This document shows positions 12,000 through 24,328 of a stretch of DNA of 64,000 bases, in pieces. Within the stretch, counting starts at the first letter, position 1. Each line of letters begins with the position of its first letter. Made by a program: the position numbers and the translations under genes. The DNA lies in assembly GCA_977017645.1 (NCBI GenBank), contig OZ360247.1, positions 49,538,001 through 49,602,000 of the forward strand, read 5' to 3'. The DNA is from Torpedo marmorata (lineage: Eukaryota). The notes beneath the pieces are model-generated. The model did not search any database. It saw nothing but the letters and a program-made list of their open reading frames with translations, and was not told where the DNA came from.

Positions 12000-13049
12000 A
12001 AGAAGCTACAAGCTCTGGGCCTCTGTACCCCCCTCTGCAACTGGATCCTTGACTTTCTCATCGGAAGACCACAGTCAGTACAAATTGGAAGCAATATCTC
12101 CACCTCACTGATTATCAACACAGGCCCACCCCAAGGATGCGTGCTTAGCCCATTGCTCTACTCATTATACACCCATGACTGTGTGGCCAGGCACAATTCC
12201 AATGCCATCTACAAGTTTGCCGATGACACCACAGTTGTCGGCAGAATCACAAACGGCAAAGAGGAAGTGTACAGGAGGGAGGTAGATCAGCTCGTTGAAT
12301 GGAGTAACGACAACAACCTTGAGCTCAACTTCAGCAAAACCAAGGAGATGATTGTGGACTTCAGGAGGAAGTCAGGGGAACATGACCCAGTCCTCATCGA
12401 GGGCTCAGTAGTGGAGAGGGTCAAGAACTTCAAATTCCTGGGTGTCAACATCTCCGAGGATCTGTTCTGGAGCCTCCATGTTGATGCAATCATGAAGAAG
12501 GCCCGCCAGCGGCTATACTTTGTGAGGTGCTTGAGGTGATTCGGTATGTCACCGAAGACTCTCGAAAACTTCTACAGGTGTACCGTGGAGAGCATTCTGG
12601 CTGGTTGCATCACTGTCTGGTATGGTGGCGCCAACTCTCAGGACAGGAGTAAACTCCAGAAGTTTGTTAACTCGGCCTGTGACATCACAGGCACCAAACT
12701 TCACTCCATCGAGGACATCTACATGAGGCGGTGTCTTAAAAAAGCAGCCTCTATCCTCAAAGACCCCCACCACCCAGGCCATGCCCTCTTCACTCTGCTA
12801 CCATCGGGAAAAAGGTACAGGAGCCTAAAGATGAGCACTCAACGGCACAAGGACAGCTTCTTCCCCGCTGCCATCAGATTCCTGAATAATCAATGATCCA
12901 AAGACACTGCCTTACTTTTCATGCACAATTATTTTTATTTTTTATATTATTATTGTAAGATGATTCATAATATGAATGTTTGCACTATGATGCTGCCGCA
13001 AAACACCGAATTTCGTGACTTATTCATGACAATAAGTTCTGATTCTGAT
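12000..13049 (+). mobile_element. Rex1/Babar LINE, downstream part
   Basis: [24 protein letters not shown]-terminus AAIRFLNNQ; (TTCTGA)n tail. Confidence 0.9.
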
Positions 13050-13260
13050 GTCCGAAAGATGTGCGGGTCATCAGTAGGTTAATTGGCCACTGTAAATTGC
13101 CTCTTCTGTGTAAGGGAGAGGTAGAATCTGGGGGGAGTTGATTGGAATGTGTAGAGGATATTTTGTAGAGAAAAATTTGTTGAGGGAATAGAATTGCTTT
13201 GTGAGACAGAATAGATGTGATGGGCTGGATAGCCTCAATTTTTGTTATGAAGCAACATGG
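13050..13260 (+). mobile_element. V-type SINE, 3' half
   Basis: CCGAAAGATGTGCGGGT..AGGTTAATTGGCCACTGTAAATTGCC, the expected continuation of 3495-3640. Confidence 0.6.
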
Positions 13261-13878
13261 TACTGACGTTTTCAATAGAGGACATGCAGGAGCCAATAAG
13301 GTCGACAAATAAAATTGTGGTAATGACCAGATCATCTCAGATTCAGATTTCAGATTTATTGTCAGAGTATATACATGACATCACATACAACCCTTAGATT
13401 CTTTTTCCTGCGGGCGAGGCAGAATTACCACTTATTGGTAGTGCAAAAAAACTGTACACAATGTACACATGTAACCAAATAAAGAACTGTAAGCAGATAA
13501 CTAAATGTAAACAAACTGACTGTGCATTACAGAGAAAATTTAAAAAAAATCAATAAAGTGCAAAAGTAAGAGTCCTTAAATAAGTCCCTGACTGAGTTTG
13601 TTGTTTTTTTTTAATATTTTATTTAAATTTTTAAATCACAGATTACATAAAATAATTTTGCATATAATTCTTAAAAAATACATGTGATTACATTTTCTCC
13701 CCCCCTTCCCACCCTCCCCTCCCTAGCCCCTATATCCCCTATTCTAAATTTTAAAGTAAAATAATAAAAAGAAGAAAAAGAAAAAGAAAAGATAGAAAAA
13801 TAGAGTGAGGAGTCAATAAACTTAAAAACTAATATACCTTAGAGGTTATTTTGCCGGCGGATCTGATATCCAGAGAAT

Positions 13879-16470
13879 TTACAATGTTAAACCCATAATC
13901 CTCATATATGGGCCCCAAATTTTCAAAAAAGAAGGATATTTATTTCGTAAATTATAAGTAATTTTTTCTAATGGTATACATGACCGTAACTCTGCATGCC
14001 ATCGCTCTAGATTTAAATCAACATCCGATTTCCAAGTAATAGCTATACACTTTTTCGAAACTGCTAATACTATACGTAAAAATTCTACTTGATACATATT
14101 TAATCTATTTCTGATACAAAATTTTTTAATATCTCCAAATAAAAATAACATAGGATCCATTATAACTTCAACATTAAAAATTCTTTCTAAAAAATTCTTA
14201 ACTTTCAACCAAAAATCTTGAATTTTTGGACATGACCATGTACAGTGTACAAAAGAACCTATTTCAGTTTTACATCTAAAACACATATCTGATAACGCTG
14301 GATTGAATTTCTTCAGTTTTTTAGGTGTTAAATATAATTGATGAAAAAAATTATATTGTACTAATCTATATCTCACATTAATAACTTTAGTCATACTTAA
14401 TTTACATAAATCTCTCCAATGATTTTCATCTATATTAACATTTAAATCTAATTCCCATTTTAATCTAGACTTATGCGCTCCTACTTTAGACATCTTTCTT
14501 TGAAACAATTTATACATTTGTGATATAAACTTATTAACATTAACTTTAGTAATTAACAATTCCAATTCATTTTGTCTTGGTGCTATTAATTCATTCCCTA
14601 ATCTCTCGGTCAAAAAAGCTTTAACTTGAAAATAGACTAACATTGTATTATCTAATATATTAAATTTTTCTTTTAACCTCTGAAAAGTAATAAATCTACC
14701 AGCTTCAAAACAATCTTTTAAAGTCTTAATTCCCTTTAGAAACCATAACTTAAGTAACTGATTATCAATAGAAAATGGTAAAAGCGGATTTTGATATATT
14801 GGTGTATTTAAAGAAATTGATCCCTTTTGACCTATCTCTTTGTCTACTTGTGACCAAACTTCCAACAGATGTTTAATAATTGGTGTATTTTTCTTTTTAA
14901 GTAATAGTAATTTAGAATTCCATTTATAAATAATATCTTCTTTATATATTTCTCCTATATTATTCAATTCTATATTAATCCAAGCAGAAGATTTATTTAA
15001 ATCAAAAAATTCATTAATAAACTTTAATTGAGCTACTTTATAATAATACTGAAAATTGGGAAGTTGTAACCCTCCCATCTCATAATTCCATGTTAATTTA
15101 TCTATACTTACTCTTGCCAGCTTTCCTTTCCATAAAAATTTCCTAACAACAAATTTTAAATCTTTAAAAAATTTATTTGGAATACCATAAGGAATCGATT
15201 GAAAAAGATATTGAATTCTTGGAAAAACATTCATTTTGATACAATTTACTCTTCCCATCAAAGTTATAGGTAAATCTTTCCAAAGTTCTAAATCTTTTTT
15301 TATTTTCATAAGTAAAGGTATATAATTTAATTTATACAGATTTTCTAATTTTGTATCAACTTTAACTCCCAAATATTTAATACTCTCTGTAGTCCATTTA
15401 AAGTCTGTAACTTCTTTACATCTAGTATAATCCCCTTGAGATAAAGCCAAAATCTCACTTTTATCTGAATTAATTTTATATCCTGATATCTCACCATATT
15501 CTGTCAATATAGTAGCTAATTGTTGAAGTGATGCAACAGATTTCGTCATATATATTAATACATCATCTGCAAATAAACTAATCTTATGTTCTTCCCTACC
15601 AACTTTTATTCCCATTATATTTATATCTTCTCTAATCATTTCAGCTAAAGGTTCTATTACCAAGACAAACAAAGCAGGTGACAAAGGACATCCCTGTCGT
15701 GTTGATCTTGATAACAAAAATTTTTGCGATATTTGTCCATTTGTAACTACTTTAGCCGTAGGTTCTTTATATATAGTTTTAATCCAATTTATAAAGTTAT
15801 CTCCAAATCCAAATTTTTCCAGAACTTTAAATAAAAAATTCCACTCTACTCTATCAAATGCCTTCTCTGCATCCAATGTTACCACCAATGGTAAATCTTG
15901 TTTCTTCTTATATACATTAATCAAACTTATCAGTCTAGCTATATTATCTTTCGAATATCTATTTTTAATAAATCCAGCTTGATCTGAATGTATTAAATTT
16001 GGTAAATATTTAGCTAATCTATTTGCTAAAATTTTCGCCATTATTTTATAATCAACATTTAACAATGAAATAGGCCTATAAGACTCAGTTTTCAACACAT
16101 CTCTATCTTTCTTTGGTATAACCGTAATTATAGCATTTAAAAATGTCTTCGGTAATAAATGAGTTTCAGTGACTTGATTCAATACCTCCATATATAAAGG
16201 TATCAATAAATCTTTAAATTCTTTATAAAATTCTACTGGAAACCCGTCATCACCCGGAGATTTACCACTTTTCAACGTCGATATTGCTTCAGTAACTTCT
16301 CTCATCGTAAAAGGTAAATCCAAAGAATATTTACTTTGAACATTCAATTTAGATAAAGTGATTTTAGATAGAAATCTATTGATCTTCATATCATCATGAT
16401 CAATCTCAGATCTATATAAATTCTGGTAATATTCTTTAAAAGATTCATTTATTTCTTGTGGCTTATAAGT
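13879..16470 (-). pseudogene. L1 ORF2 RT and C-terminal part, stop-free (836 aa from Met plus 27 upstream codons)
   Basis: KSPGDDGF, YRPISLLN, DAEKAFDRVEW, RQGCPLSP, LFADD, CFRC..HCTWSC. Confidence 0.92.
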
Positions 16471-17420
16471 GATCGATACGGCAGGAAGATATGTTCTGAT
16501 ATATTGTCAAATTTATTCAGAATTTTGGACTCTTATGAATTTATATGTGTCAAATCCTGATGATGAACAATTTATTCAAGATGCTTTTTTACATCTATCG
16601 GATGCTAAAGAAAATATTTTAATTGGTGGAGATTTTAATTGTTGTTTAAATCCAATAATGGATAAAACTTCTAAAACATCTGTTAGACCAAAAATAGTTA
16701 AAAAGATAGTTAATTTGATGGAGGATTTAAATTTGGTGGATATTTGGAGAAAGTTGAAACCTAGAGAGAAAGATTATTCATTTTATTCATTTAGACATAA
16801 TTCCTTTTCTAGGATAGATTTGTTCCTATTATCTTCACAAATTCAGGATAGAATAACACAGATATCTTATAAAGCAAGAATAATTTCAGATCATTCACCC
16901 TTATTAATGACATGTATAATTCCAGAGAAAGAAAAAACTACATATAATTGGAGATTTGATTCCTTTTTATTGAAAAGAAAGGATTTTTGTGAATATATGA
17001 GACGAGAAATTCGGGAATTTTTAAGAATAAATAATCATTCGGTTAATGATAAATTTATGGTATGGGAGGCTTTGAAAGCCTATTTAAGAGGTTTAATAAT
17101 AAGTTTTTCAGCAAAGATAAAAAAAGATTATTCGAAAGAAGAAAAAAATTTAGAGAAGGAAATTGAATTTATGAAAAAGGATTTACAGAGAAATAAGTCT
17201 ATTCTTAGGAGAAATCGTTTAGTAAGGAGGAAATTACATTATAATTTATTGCAAACACGTAAGACTGAAAAGTTGATAGTAAGAACAAAACAAAGATATT
17301 ATGAATTAGGGGAAAAGGCTCATAAGGTTTTGTCATGGCAATTAAAAAATGGGCAAGTTTCTAAAACTATTAATGCTATAAGGAAGAGAAATACTGGGGA
17401 AATAACTTATAAGCCACAAG
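16471..17420 (+). pseudogene. Inverted L1 ORF2 segment (partial endonuclease and linker)
   Basis: GRYV, GGDFN, SRIDLFL, SDHSP; ends TYKPQ, where the minus-strand part begins. Confidence 0.9.
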
Positions 17421-17594
17421 ACTGAGTTTGTTGTTGAGCAGTCTGATGGTGGAGCGGTAGCAGCTGTTCCTGAACCTGGTGGTGTGGTCACTTCAAGATG
17501 GCGCCGTTGACCCACAGCCACATTCTGTGGGCTGCAGAACCCCCTAATAATTTTCCCTAATGATCTGTGTTGTTTCTGGCACTGACAGTTGAGG

Positions 17595-17790
17595 GACGCT
17601 GGAGAGAAATCCTCTGCTCTGTTTCGAGTACTGCTATTGGATATTTTACAGCCACTTGAAGCTCCATGTTTAACAACTCATCTGCGGGATGATATTGTGC
17701 TGTCATCTGAGCTTGTGTTCCCGAGTCTCTGGTGTGGACCTTGAACTAGCAACCTTGTGATTTGGAAATGAGAATGGAGGCATGGCTGAG
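17595..17790 (-). mobile_element. Ancient Deu-domain SINE remnant (SacSINE1/AmnSINE1-like)
   Basis: Recalled similarity: CTCTGCTCT..TTCGA..GGATATTTTACAGCCACTTGA..GTTTAAC..CTCATC..AGTCTCTGGTGTGGACCTTGAAC. Confidence 0.5.
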
Positions 17791-17959
17791 GATGTCAGGA
17801 GTCACTGAACTGAGTGAACCGAAGCCTTCCATTCTCATGTGGAGTCAGGAGAAGTGTGTAACCCTGCCAGGTACTTTAGTGTGGTGCTGAGGAAACATCA
17901 CCCTATCAGAGGGGTGCTGCTACATTTAACCTCATCCAGTAACGAGGACAATAGCTGGT

Positions 17960-18628
17960 TACTCCTTGGAGTACACTTCACTAGTGACCTATCGTGGACA
18001 CACAATATCTCCTCACTTGTCAGGAAGGCGCAACGGCGACTGCACTTCCTGCGAAGACTGAAGCGGACAAGGCTACCGGCCACCATTATGTCAACCTTGT
18101 ACAGGAGCTCTATCGAGAGCGTCCTGGCCGGCTGCATCACAGTGTGATACAGTTGCTGCACAGAAATGCATCGGAGGTCAATCCACGTGACCATAAGAAT
18201 GGCAGAGAGGATCAATGGAGTCTCCCTCCCTCCCATCGACGTGATCTACTGGGATCGTGGTCTGAAGAGGCCGTGCAAAATCGTTGAGGACCCCTTCCAC
18301 CTGCACACAGCATCTTTCAGCTGCTCCTGTCGGGAAAGTGATAAAGGAGTATCAGAGCCAGCTGAGGAACAGCTTCTTCTCACGGACAGTGAGAATGCTG
18401 AATGACCAAAGGAACTGCTCACACTGAACATCCGAGACTCTCATATTCATGAAACAATATTTATTTATTCATTTGTATAGATGAAATACTTGTCCTGCAC
18501 ATGTATTGTGTGTCTGTATGTGTGTTATGTCTAGTTGTGTGTCTGCATGTTTTGCATCGAGGACCAGAGAACGCTGTTTCGTCGGGTTGTACTTGTACAA
18601 TCAGATGGCAATAAACTTGACTTGACTT
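17960..18628 (+). mobile_element. Rex1/Babar LINE 3' fragment
   Basis: LGVHFTSDLSW..KAQRRLHFLRRLK..YRSSIESVL; AATAAA(CTTGA)n tail. Confidence 0.85.
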
Positions 18629-19177
18629 ACTTGTGCCATTTGAGGCACCTGCTCTGTGTAAATTGATTGCTATAATTCGATGCATGATAAATCTGATTAC
18701 GCTTTAAAAGTGCTATGAGATGTTTTGAAGCCAGGAATCTGTCCTCCAGGACTGTTCTTAAAATGAGGTTAAAGTTTAAAATACTCTTATTTAATTGAGA
18801 ATAAATCTTTTGAACAAGAATGTGGAAAATTCAGGACGAGCAAAATATTTTCAAACTTACCAAAACCTCTGCCCTTGCTTCATTAAAACATTCTTAATGG
18901 CCTCCAATTGTACTTTGAATAAGCCCAGATGTTTTGTCTTTTATGCAATGAAGGAGCGAGGATTCCCAATACAGAAATGAATCCCACTGTTGCCATGAGT
19001 TTCATGATTGCCAACTGTGTGAATGCTCTGGAATTAATTTTAAGGTTGGCCTTGGAATCCTGAAATAATGCATTCCCATGGGGAAAGCAGAAACCTTATC
19101 ACTGAGATTGATACATTCATTCCAGTCACAGTTATGGCTTGCTCTCACTGGTGGAAAATTGTAAATGTTAGGAATAA

Positions 19178-19260
19178 CAGGGAATTCTGGGAGACTTGTG
19201 GGAATTCTGGGAGATTTATGGGAATTCTGGAAGACGTGGGAATTCTTGGAGACTTGTCAT
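19178..19260. repeat. ~20-bp tandem repeat, about 4 units (GGGAATTCTGGGAGACTTGT)
   Basis: Seen directly at the start of the CR1 ORF1 remnant. Confidence 0.7.
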
Positions 19261-20855
19261 CTTCCTGAATGCTACATCGGCACGAGGTGCATTGACTTGC
19301 AGCTCCTTACAACGTTAGGGAAATGGTGCTGCAGCTCGATGACCTTCAGTGAGTACGGGAAAATGAGGAGTTCATAGATAGGAGCTACAGGGATGCAGTC
19401 ACACTGAAGCTGCAGGAGGTAGGAAGCTGGGTAACTGTCAGGAGAGGGAAAGCAAAAGTAAAGGGCCAGGTAGTGCAGGGTACTCCTGTGGCCGGTCCCC
19501 TCAATAATAAGTACACCGCTTTGGACAGTATTGGGAGGGAATGACCTACCAGGACAAAGCCGCAGTGACCGCTTGTCTGGCACTGAGCCTGGCCCTGTGG
19601 CTCAGATGGGAAGGAGGGAGAAAAGGAGTGCAGTAGTGATAGGGGATTCAATAGAGGGGTAGCAGGAGATTCTATGGGCACAAAAGAGACACCGGATGGT
19701 TTGTTGCCTCACAGGTGTAAGGGTCACGAACATTTTGGATCACGCCCATGGCATCCTGAAAAGGGAAGGTGAGCAGCCAGAAGTAATGGTACATATTGGT
19801 ATCAACAACAAAGGTAGGAAAAGGGATGAGGTCTTGAAGAGAGAATACACAGAGCTAGGTTGGAAGCCGAAAGACAGGACCTCAAGGGTAGTAATCTCAG
19901 GATTACTGCCTCTGCCATGCGCCAGTGAGGGTAAGAATAGGATGATATGGTGGGTGAATGTGAGGCTGTAGAAGTGGTGCAGGGGGCCAGGTTTCAGTTT
20001 ACTGGATCACTGGGATCTCTTCTGGGGAAGGTGCGATCTGTACAAAATGGACGAGTTACACCTGAACCAGAAGGGGACCAATATCCTGGAGGAGAGGTTT
20101 GCCAGAGCTGTTGGAGAGGGTTTAAACTAGTTTGGCTTGGGAATTTGGAGCCAAAATGAGAGGGCAGAGTATAGAGCAGATGGTGGAAAAGTTGATGCAA
20201 TGTGCAGTGAGATTGTGAGGAAGGTCAGGCAGTGGAAGGAGCAGAAATGTAGTCAGTTTGAGGGATTGAAATGTGTTTATTTCAATGCATTAGGAATATG
20301 GGAGATGAATTTAAAGCATGAATTATGATATGCCCATTACAGAGACTTGACTGGAGGAAGGGCAGCATTGTCTGATGCAGGCACCGGTGTTTAGATGTTT
20401 TAAAAGCGATAGAAAGGAAGGTAAAAGAAGGGTGGGGGAGTAGCATTACTAATCAGGATTGGCATCACAGCTGAGGAATGGGAGGGCGTTATGGAGGGAA
20501 CGTCTGCTGAGTCAGTGTGGGTGGAAGTCAGAAACAGGAAGGGAGTGATCACTCTATTGGGAGTCATCTATAGGCCCCCAAATAGCCCTCGAGGCACCGA
20601 GGAGCAGATAAGTAGGCATTTTGGAATGGTGCAGAAATAACAGGGTTGTTGTTATGGGAGACTTCAACTTCCCAGATATTGACCTGCACCTCCTTACTGC
20701 AAGAGGGATAGATGGGGCAGAATTTGTCAGGTGTGAAGGATTCCTGACACAGTATGTGGTCCATCCGACTATAGAGGAGAGGCCGTACTGGATCTAGTAC
20801 TGCGTAATGAACCTGGTCAGGTGACAGACCTCTTTCGGTGTTTCGGTGACAGTCA
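19225..20855 (+). mobile_element. CR1 LINE 5' part: ORF1 (Zn finger, SGNH esterase) and ORF2 endonuclease, decayed
   Basis: LPECYIGTRCIDLQLL; CCLTGVRV..EQPEVMVHIG..RVVISGLLP; GLKCVYFNA, YRPP, MGDFNFP. Confidence 0.85.
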
Positions 20856-20904
20856 TCAGGAGCACTGCTTAAATAGGGCTCGAAAAATTATTGAGGATCC
20901 CTAC

Positions 20905-21316
20905 TGTAGTGATAGTGTGCTACCACTAGGAGGAGTCGGAGATGAGTTGTGTGGCAGCTGTTGCATCTTGGGTAGAATCAAGATGGATGCCTCCACATGA
21001 GGTCTTGTCTGTGTGTGTTAAGTTCTTAGTGCTGTTTGCTTTAGTTAATAAATGTAGTTGTTCAAAAAGAATCCAAGTTTCTTTATTGTAATAGAAGAAA
21101 AATCACATGGTACCAGGAGTGGAAGAAGCAGCCAGGAGTGGAAGAAACACCAGTAGTGTGCACAGGAGTGGAAGAAACACCGGGAGTGTGCATAGTGAGT
21201 AACAGTCGATATCAGCAGAGAAAATATGGAGAGTTTAAAAGCTCCTGACACTGTAAAATGGACTGGAAATGTTGACCACGAGTGGAGGCTGTTTAAACAA
21301 AGATTTATGCTGTACC
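20905..21316 (+). mobile_element. Gypsy (Mag-like) stub: 203-bp LTR, PBS and gag start
   Basis: TG..CA LTR 20905-21107 containing AATAAA; PBS TGGTACCAGGAGTGG 21108-21122; ATG 21226 MESLKAPDTVKWTGNVDHEWRLFKQRFMLYL; lies between Rex pieces 20855-20904 and 21318-21411. Confidence 0.85.
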
Positions 21317-21809
21317 TACATATTATGTGTGTATGTGTGTGCACCGTGGTCTGGAGAAATGCTATTTTGTCTTGTATATGTACAGTCAAAGGATATTGAA
21401 CTTGAACTTGATTGGCCAAATCAGATTGTTTTATACCATGGCAATAACTTATGTGTTGCAATATTTTAATCCTTCCCCCACCAAACCCATATGATTTTAT
21501 GGGAGAGACAAGAAAACAATAAAAATCCAATCTAATTGGAAAAACATTTCTGGAAAATTCCTTCCCAATGGATGATCAAAATGAATCCAGGAGAGCACAG
21601 TGTCCCTGATGATACTGCATGTTGTTTGTACATGGTGATCCCTGCCTCAGCCAGATCTGGGCTAGCTCTTGCGTGATGGCTTTTGGTGAATTCAGGTCCA
21701 AAGCCAGAATTGACAGTCTGTTCCACTGTTTCACCTTACCTTGGGGAAAGAATGGCTTCCTGGCGTCCAACTCAGCTCTCACCAAACTCACAATTTTCCA
21801 GTGAATTAA

Positions 21810-22050
21810 ATTTTTAATTTGGAGACACAGCACGTTAACAGGCCCTTCCAACCCACAAGCCCGTGCCACCCAAATACACCCATGTAACCAATTTACCTAC
21901 TCACCCCGTACGTCTTTGGAACCGGAACACCCAGAGTAAGCCAAAGTAGACAAGGGGAGAACATACAAACTCCTTACAGACAGCACTGGATTCAAACCCG
22001 GGTCGCTAGCACTGTAATATTTTTGCACTAACTGATACAATAATTGTGGC
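21810..22050 (-). mobile_element. tRNA-derived HE1/V-type SINE
   Basis: Reverse complement of the 42709-42955 family. Confidence 0.8.
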
Positions 22051-22185
22051 ACTCCCCAGTTTTCCCTCATTCATTGACCTATTTGTTTTGTGGTGCTTCG
22101 GAGCAAACGCCATTAATTCTTTGCTTATGTTCTCACCTATGGATGGAAGAGAATGGAAAGTAATCTTCATATAAGGCACCTTTCA

Positions 22186-22538
22186 TTGAGGATCCCCACC
22201 ACCCCGCACACAGCATCTTTCAGCTGCTTCCGTCAGGGAAGAGATACAGGAGTATCAGAGCCGGCACCACCAGGCTGAGGAACAGCTTCTTCCCACGGGA
22301 AGTGAGAATGCTGAACGACCAAAGGAACTGCTCACACTAACCACCCGAGACTCTCATATTTACGAAACAACATTTATTTATTTATTTTTTGTATATGAAT
22401 ACATGTCCTGCATGTGTATTGTTTGTCTGTATGTGTGTTATGTCTGGTTGTGTGTCTGCATGTTTTGCACGGAGGACCGGAGAACACTGTTTCGTCGGGT
22501 TGTACTTGTACAATCAGATGACAATAAACTTGACTTGA
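22186..22538 (+). mobile_element. Rex1-type 3' fragment
   Basis: EDPHHPAHSIFQLLPSGKRYRS; (CTTGA)n tail. Confidence 0.8.
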
Positions 22539-23254
22539 CCCTCTGAGTGAAAAAGTTGCCCCTGAAATCCCTCTTAAATCTCTCCCTCTCTCACATTGAA
22601 CCTATGCCCCCTAGTTCTAGAATCATCAATCCTGGGAAAATATACTCTCAGCATTCACATTATCCATTCTCTCATATACCTTGTACATATTATGTACAGT
22701 ACATAGCTTGGACCATCGGTAAAGGTAAATTTCACTTGAGTGTTTTTTTTGGAAAAAAAGAGAGTCAAATTCAATGATGATAGGCAGAATAAATAAACCA
22801 GTAGAAGGTAGAAGACAGCAACACATGAACGTAAGAAAATAGGAATAAAATGAGACCCCAAAGTCCACCAAAGCTGCCCACCATTCTATATATATTTTTA
22901 TATGTTTTTTAGAGTTACAGCACGCTAATAGTCCCTTCCAGCCCACGAGCCCATGCCGTCCAAATTATAGCAATGGCTCGTCTCATCCACGCCACAATTT
23001 CTCTTCTCTGCCAAATACTTTCAATTCCTTGATCTTTCAAAAATGTGTCTTACCTCCTCTTTGGATATCTACAGTGATCTGGCCGCCGTGTCCCTCAGAG
23101 GTAGAAATTTACTGCTCCCTACGAGAAGAAATTCCTCTATGCCTCAATTTTAAGTGACTGCTCGTTATTTTGTAACCGTGTCCCCTTGTCTTGCGGGAAC
23201 TTCTCAACATCTAATCTGTCATGCCTGCCTTATGTTCAAGTTCATTTATTATCG

Positions 23255-23510
23255 TCTGACCCCCTCAAAGACCCCCACCACCCAGGCCATGCCCTCTTCA
23301 AACTGCTACCATCGGGAAAAAGGTACAGGAGCCTGAAGACGAGTACTCAGCGGCACAAGGACAGCTTCTTCTCCGCTGCCATCAGATTCCTGAATAGACA
23401 ATGAACCACAGACACTACCTCACTTTATCTTATTTTGTTGCACTATTTATTTATTTTTGAAATGAAAATTATAGCAATATTTGCATGGTAATGCTGCTGC
23501 AAAACAATGC
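23255..23510 (+). mobile_element. Rex1 3' fragment (preceded by decayed minus-strand CR1 at ~22960-23230)
   Basis: KDPHHPGHALFKLLPSGKRYRS..AAIRFLN. Confidence 0.8.
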
Positions 23511-23954
23511 ACATTTTCTTTTTTTGTTTCTCACATCATTAATCCTTTGGACTACTCCAAGTCTGAATTCAAATTAATATCAAATTAGAAGCAGTTTTAA
23601 CATGGAAGGATTGTGTTGCCTTTTTTCACACAAGGCTTATAAAACCAGTGCAGAGAGAAGATTCTTCTTCCATCAGTCTTCACTAGATTTGAATGTTGAC
23701 CCTGGAGATACAAAGAGAGAGTGCTAAACTGTGGTGTTGATCAGTTGCCCCGATGAATCATTTCTAATTTCACTATAGGCAAAAAGCCAGGGATCTAAAT
23801 TTGGAGACCTGAAATCTGGTTTACAGAATTATGGAAATCATAGAATCATTGAGTATTTATGACACTGGAGGCTGTTTGCTCCATGGTAACTGTGTTGGTC
23901 AGTTGTTGATGACAGGTTATGGGGAGGGAGCAGGATAATGGTCTTGAGCTAGTG

Positions 23955-24328
23955 CAGTGGTTTTCAAACTTTTTCTTTCCACTCACATACCACTTTAAGT
24001 AATCCCTATGCTATAGGTGCTCTGTGATTAGTAAGGGATTACTTAAGGTGGTATGTGAGTGGGAAAAAAGGTTGAGAACCACTGCTCTAGACCCAATTGT
24101 TACTGAAATATTTTGCTTGAGAAAAATTGTCATTGGCCCATTTCCTTTGGAGTTATGAAACCGTGCACATAACGAGTCAATTAGGGACGATTAAAAAAGT
24201 GGTTTTCAAACTTTTTCTTTCCACTCACATACCACCTTAAGTAATCCCTTACTAATCACAGAGCACCTATGGCATAGGGATTAATTAAGGTGGAATGTGA
24301 GTGGAAAGTAAAAGTTTGAAATCCACTG
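23955..24328. mobile_element. Compound hAT (Charlie-type) MITE, copy A
   Basis: CAGTGGTTTTCAAAC termini; 8-bp TSD AGCTAGTG/AGCTAGGG; two palindromic units around a spacer. Confidence 0.88.

Larger units (their letters stand above)
13606..17420 (-). mobile_element. Young AT-rich L1, 5'-truncated with 5' inversion
   Basis: T-tract from 13606; TSD GACTGAGTTTGTTGTT at 13590-13605 and 17420-17435; inversion junction at 16470/16471. Confidence 0.93.
13337..17488 (-). mobile_element. Rex1-type 3' end (13337-13605 plus 17421-17488), host of an L1 insertion
   Basis: Joined halves match the reverse complement of the Rex copy at ~60720-61010. Confidence 0.8.
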
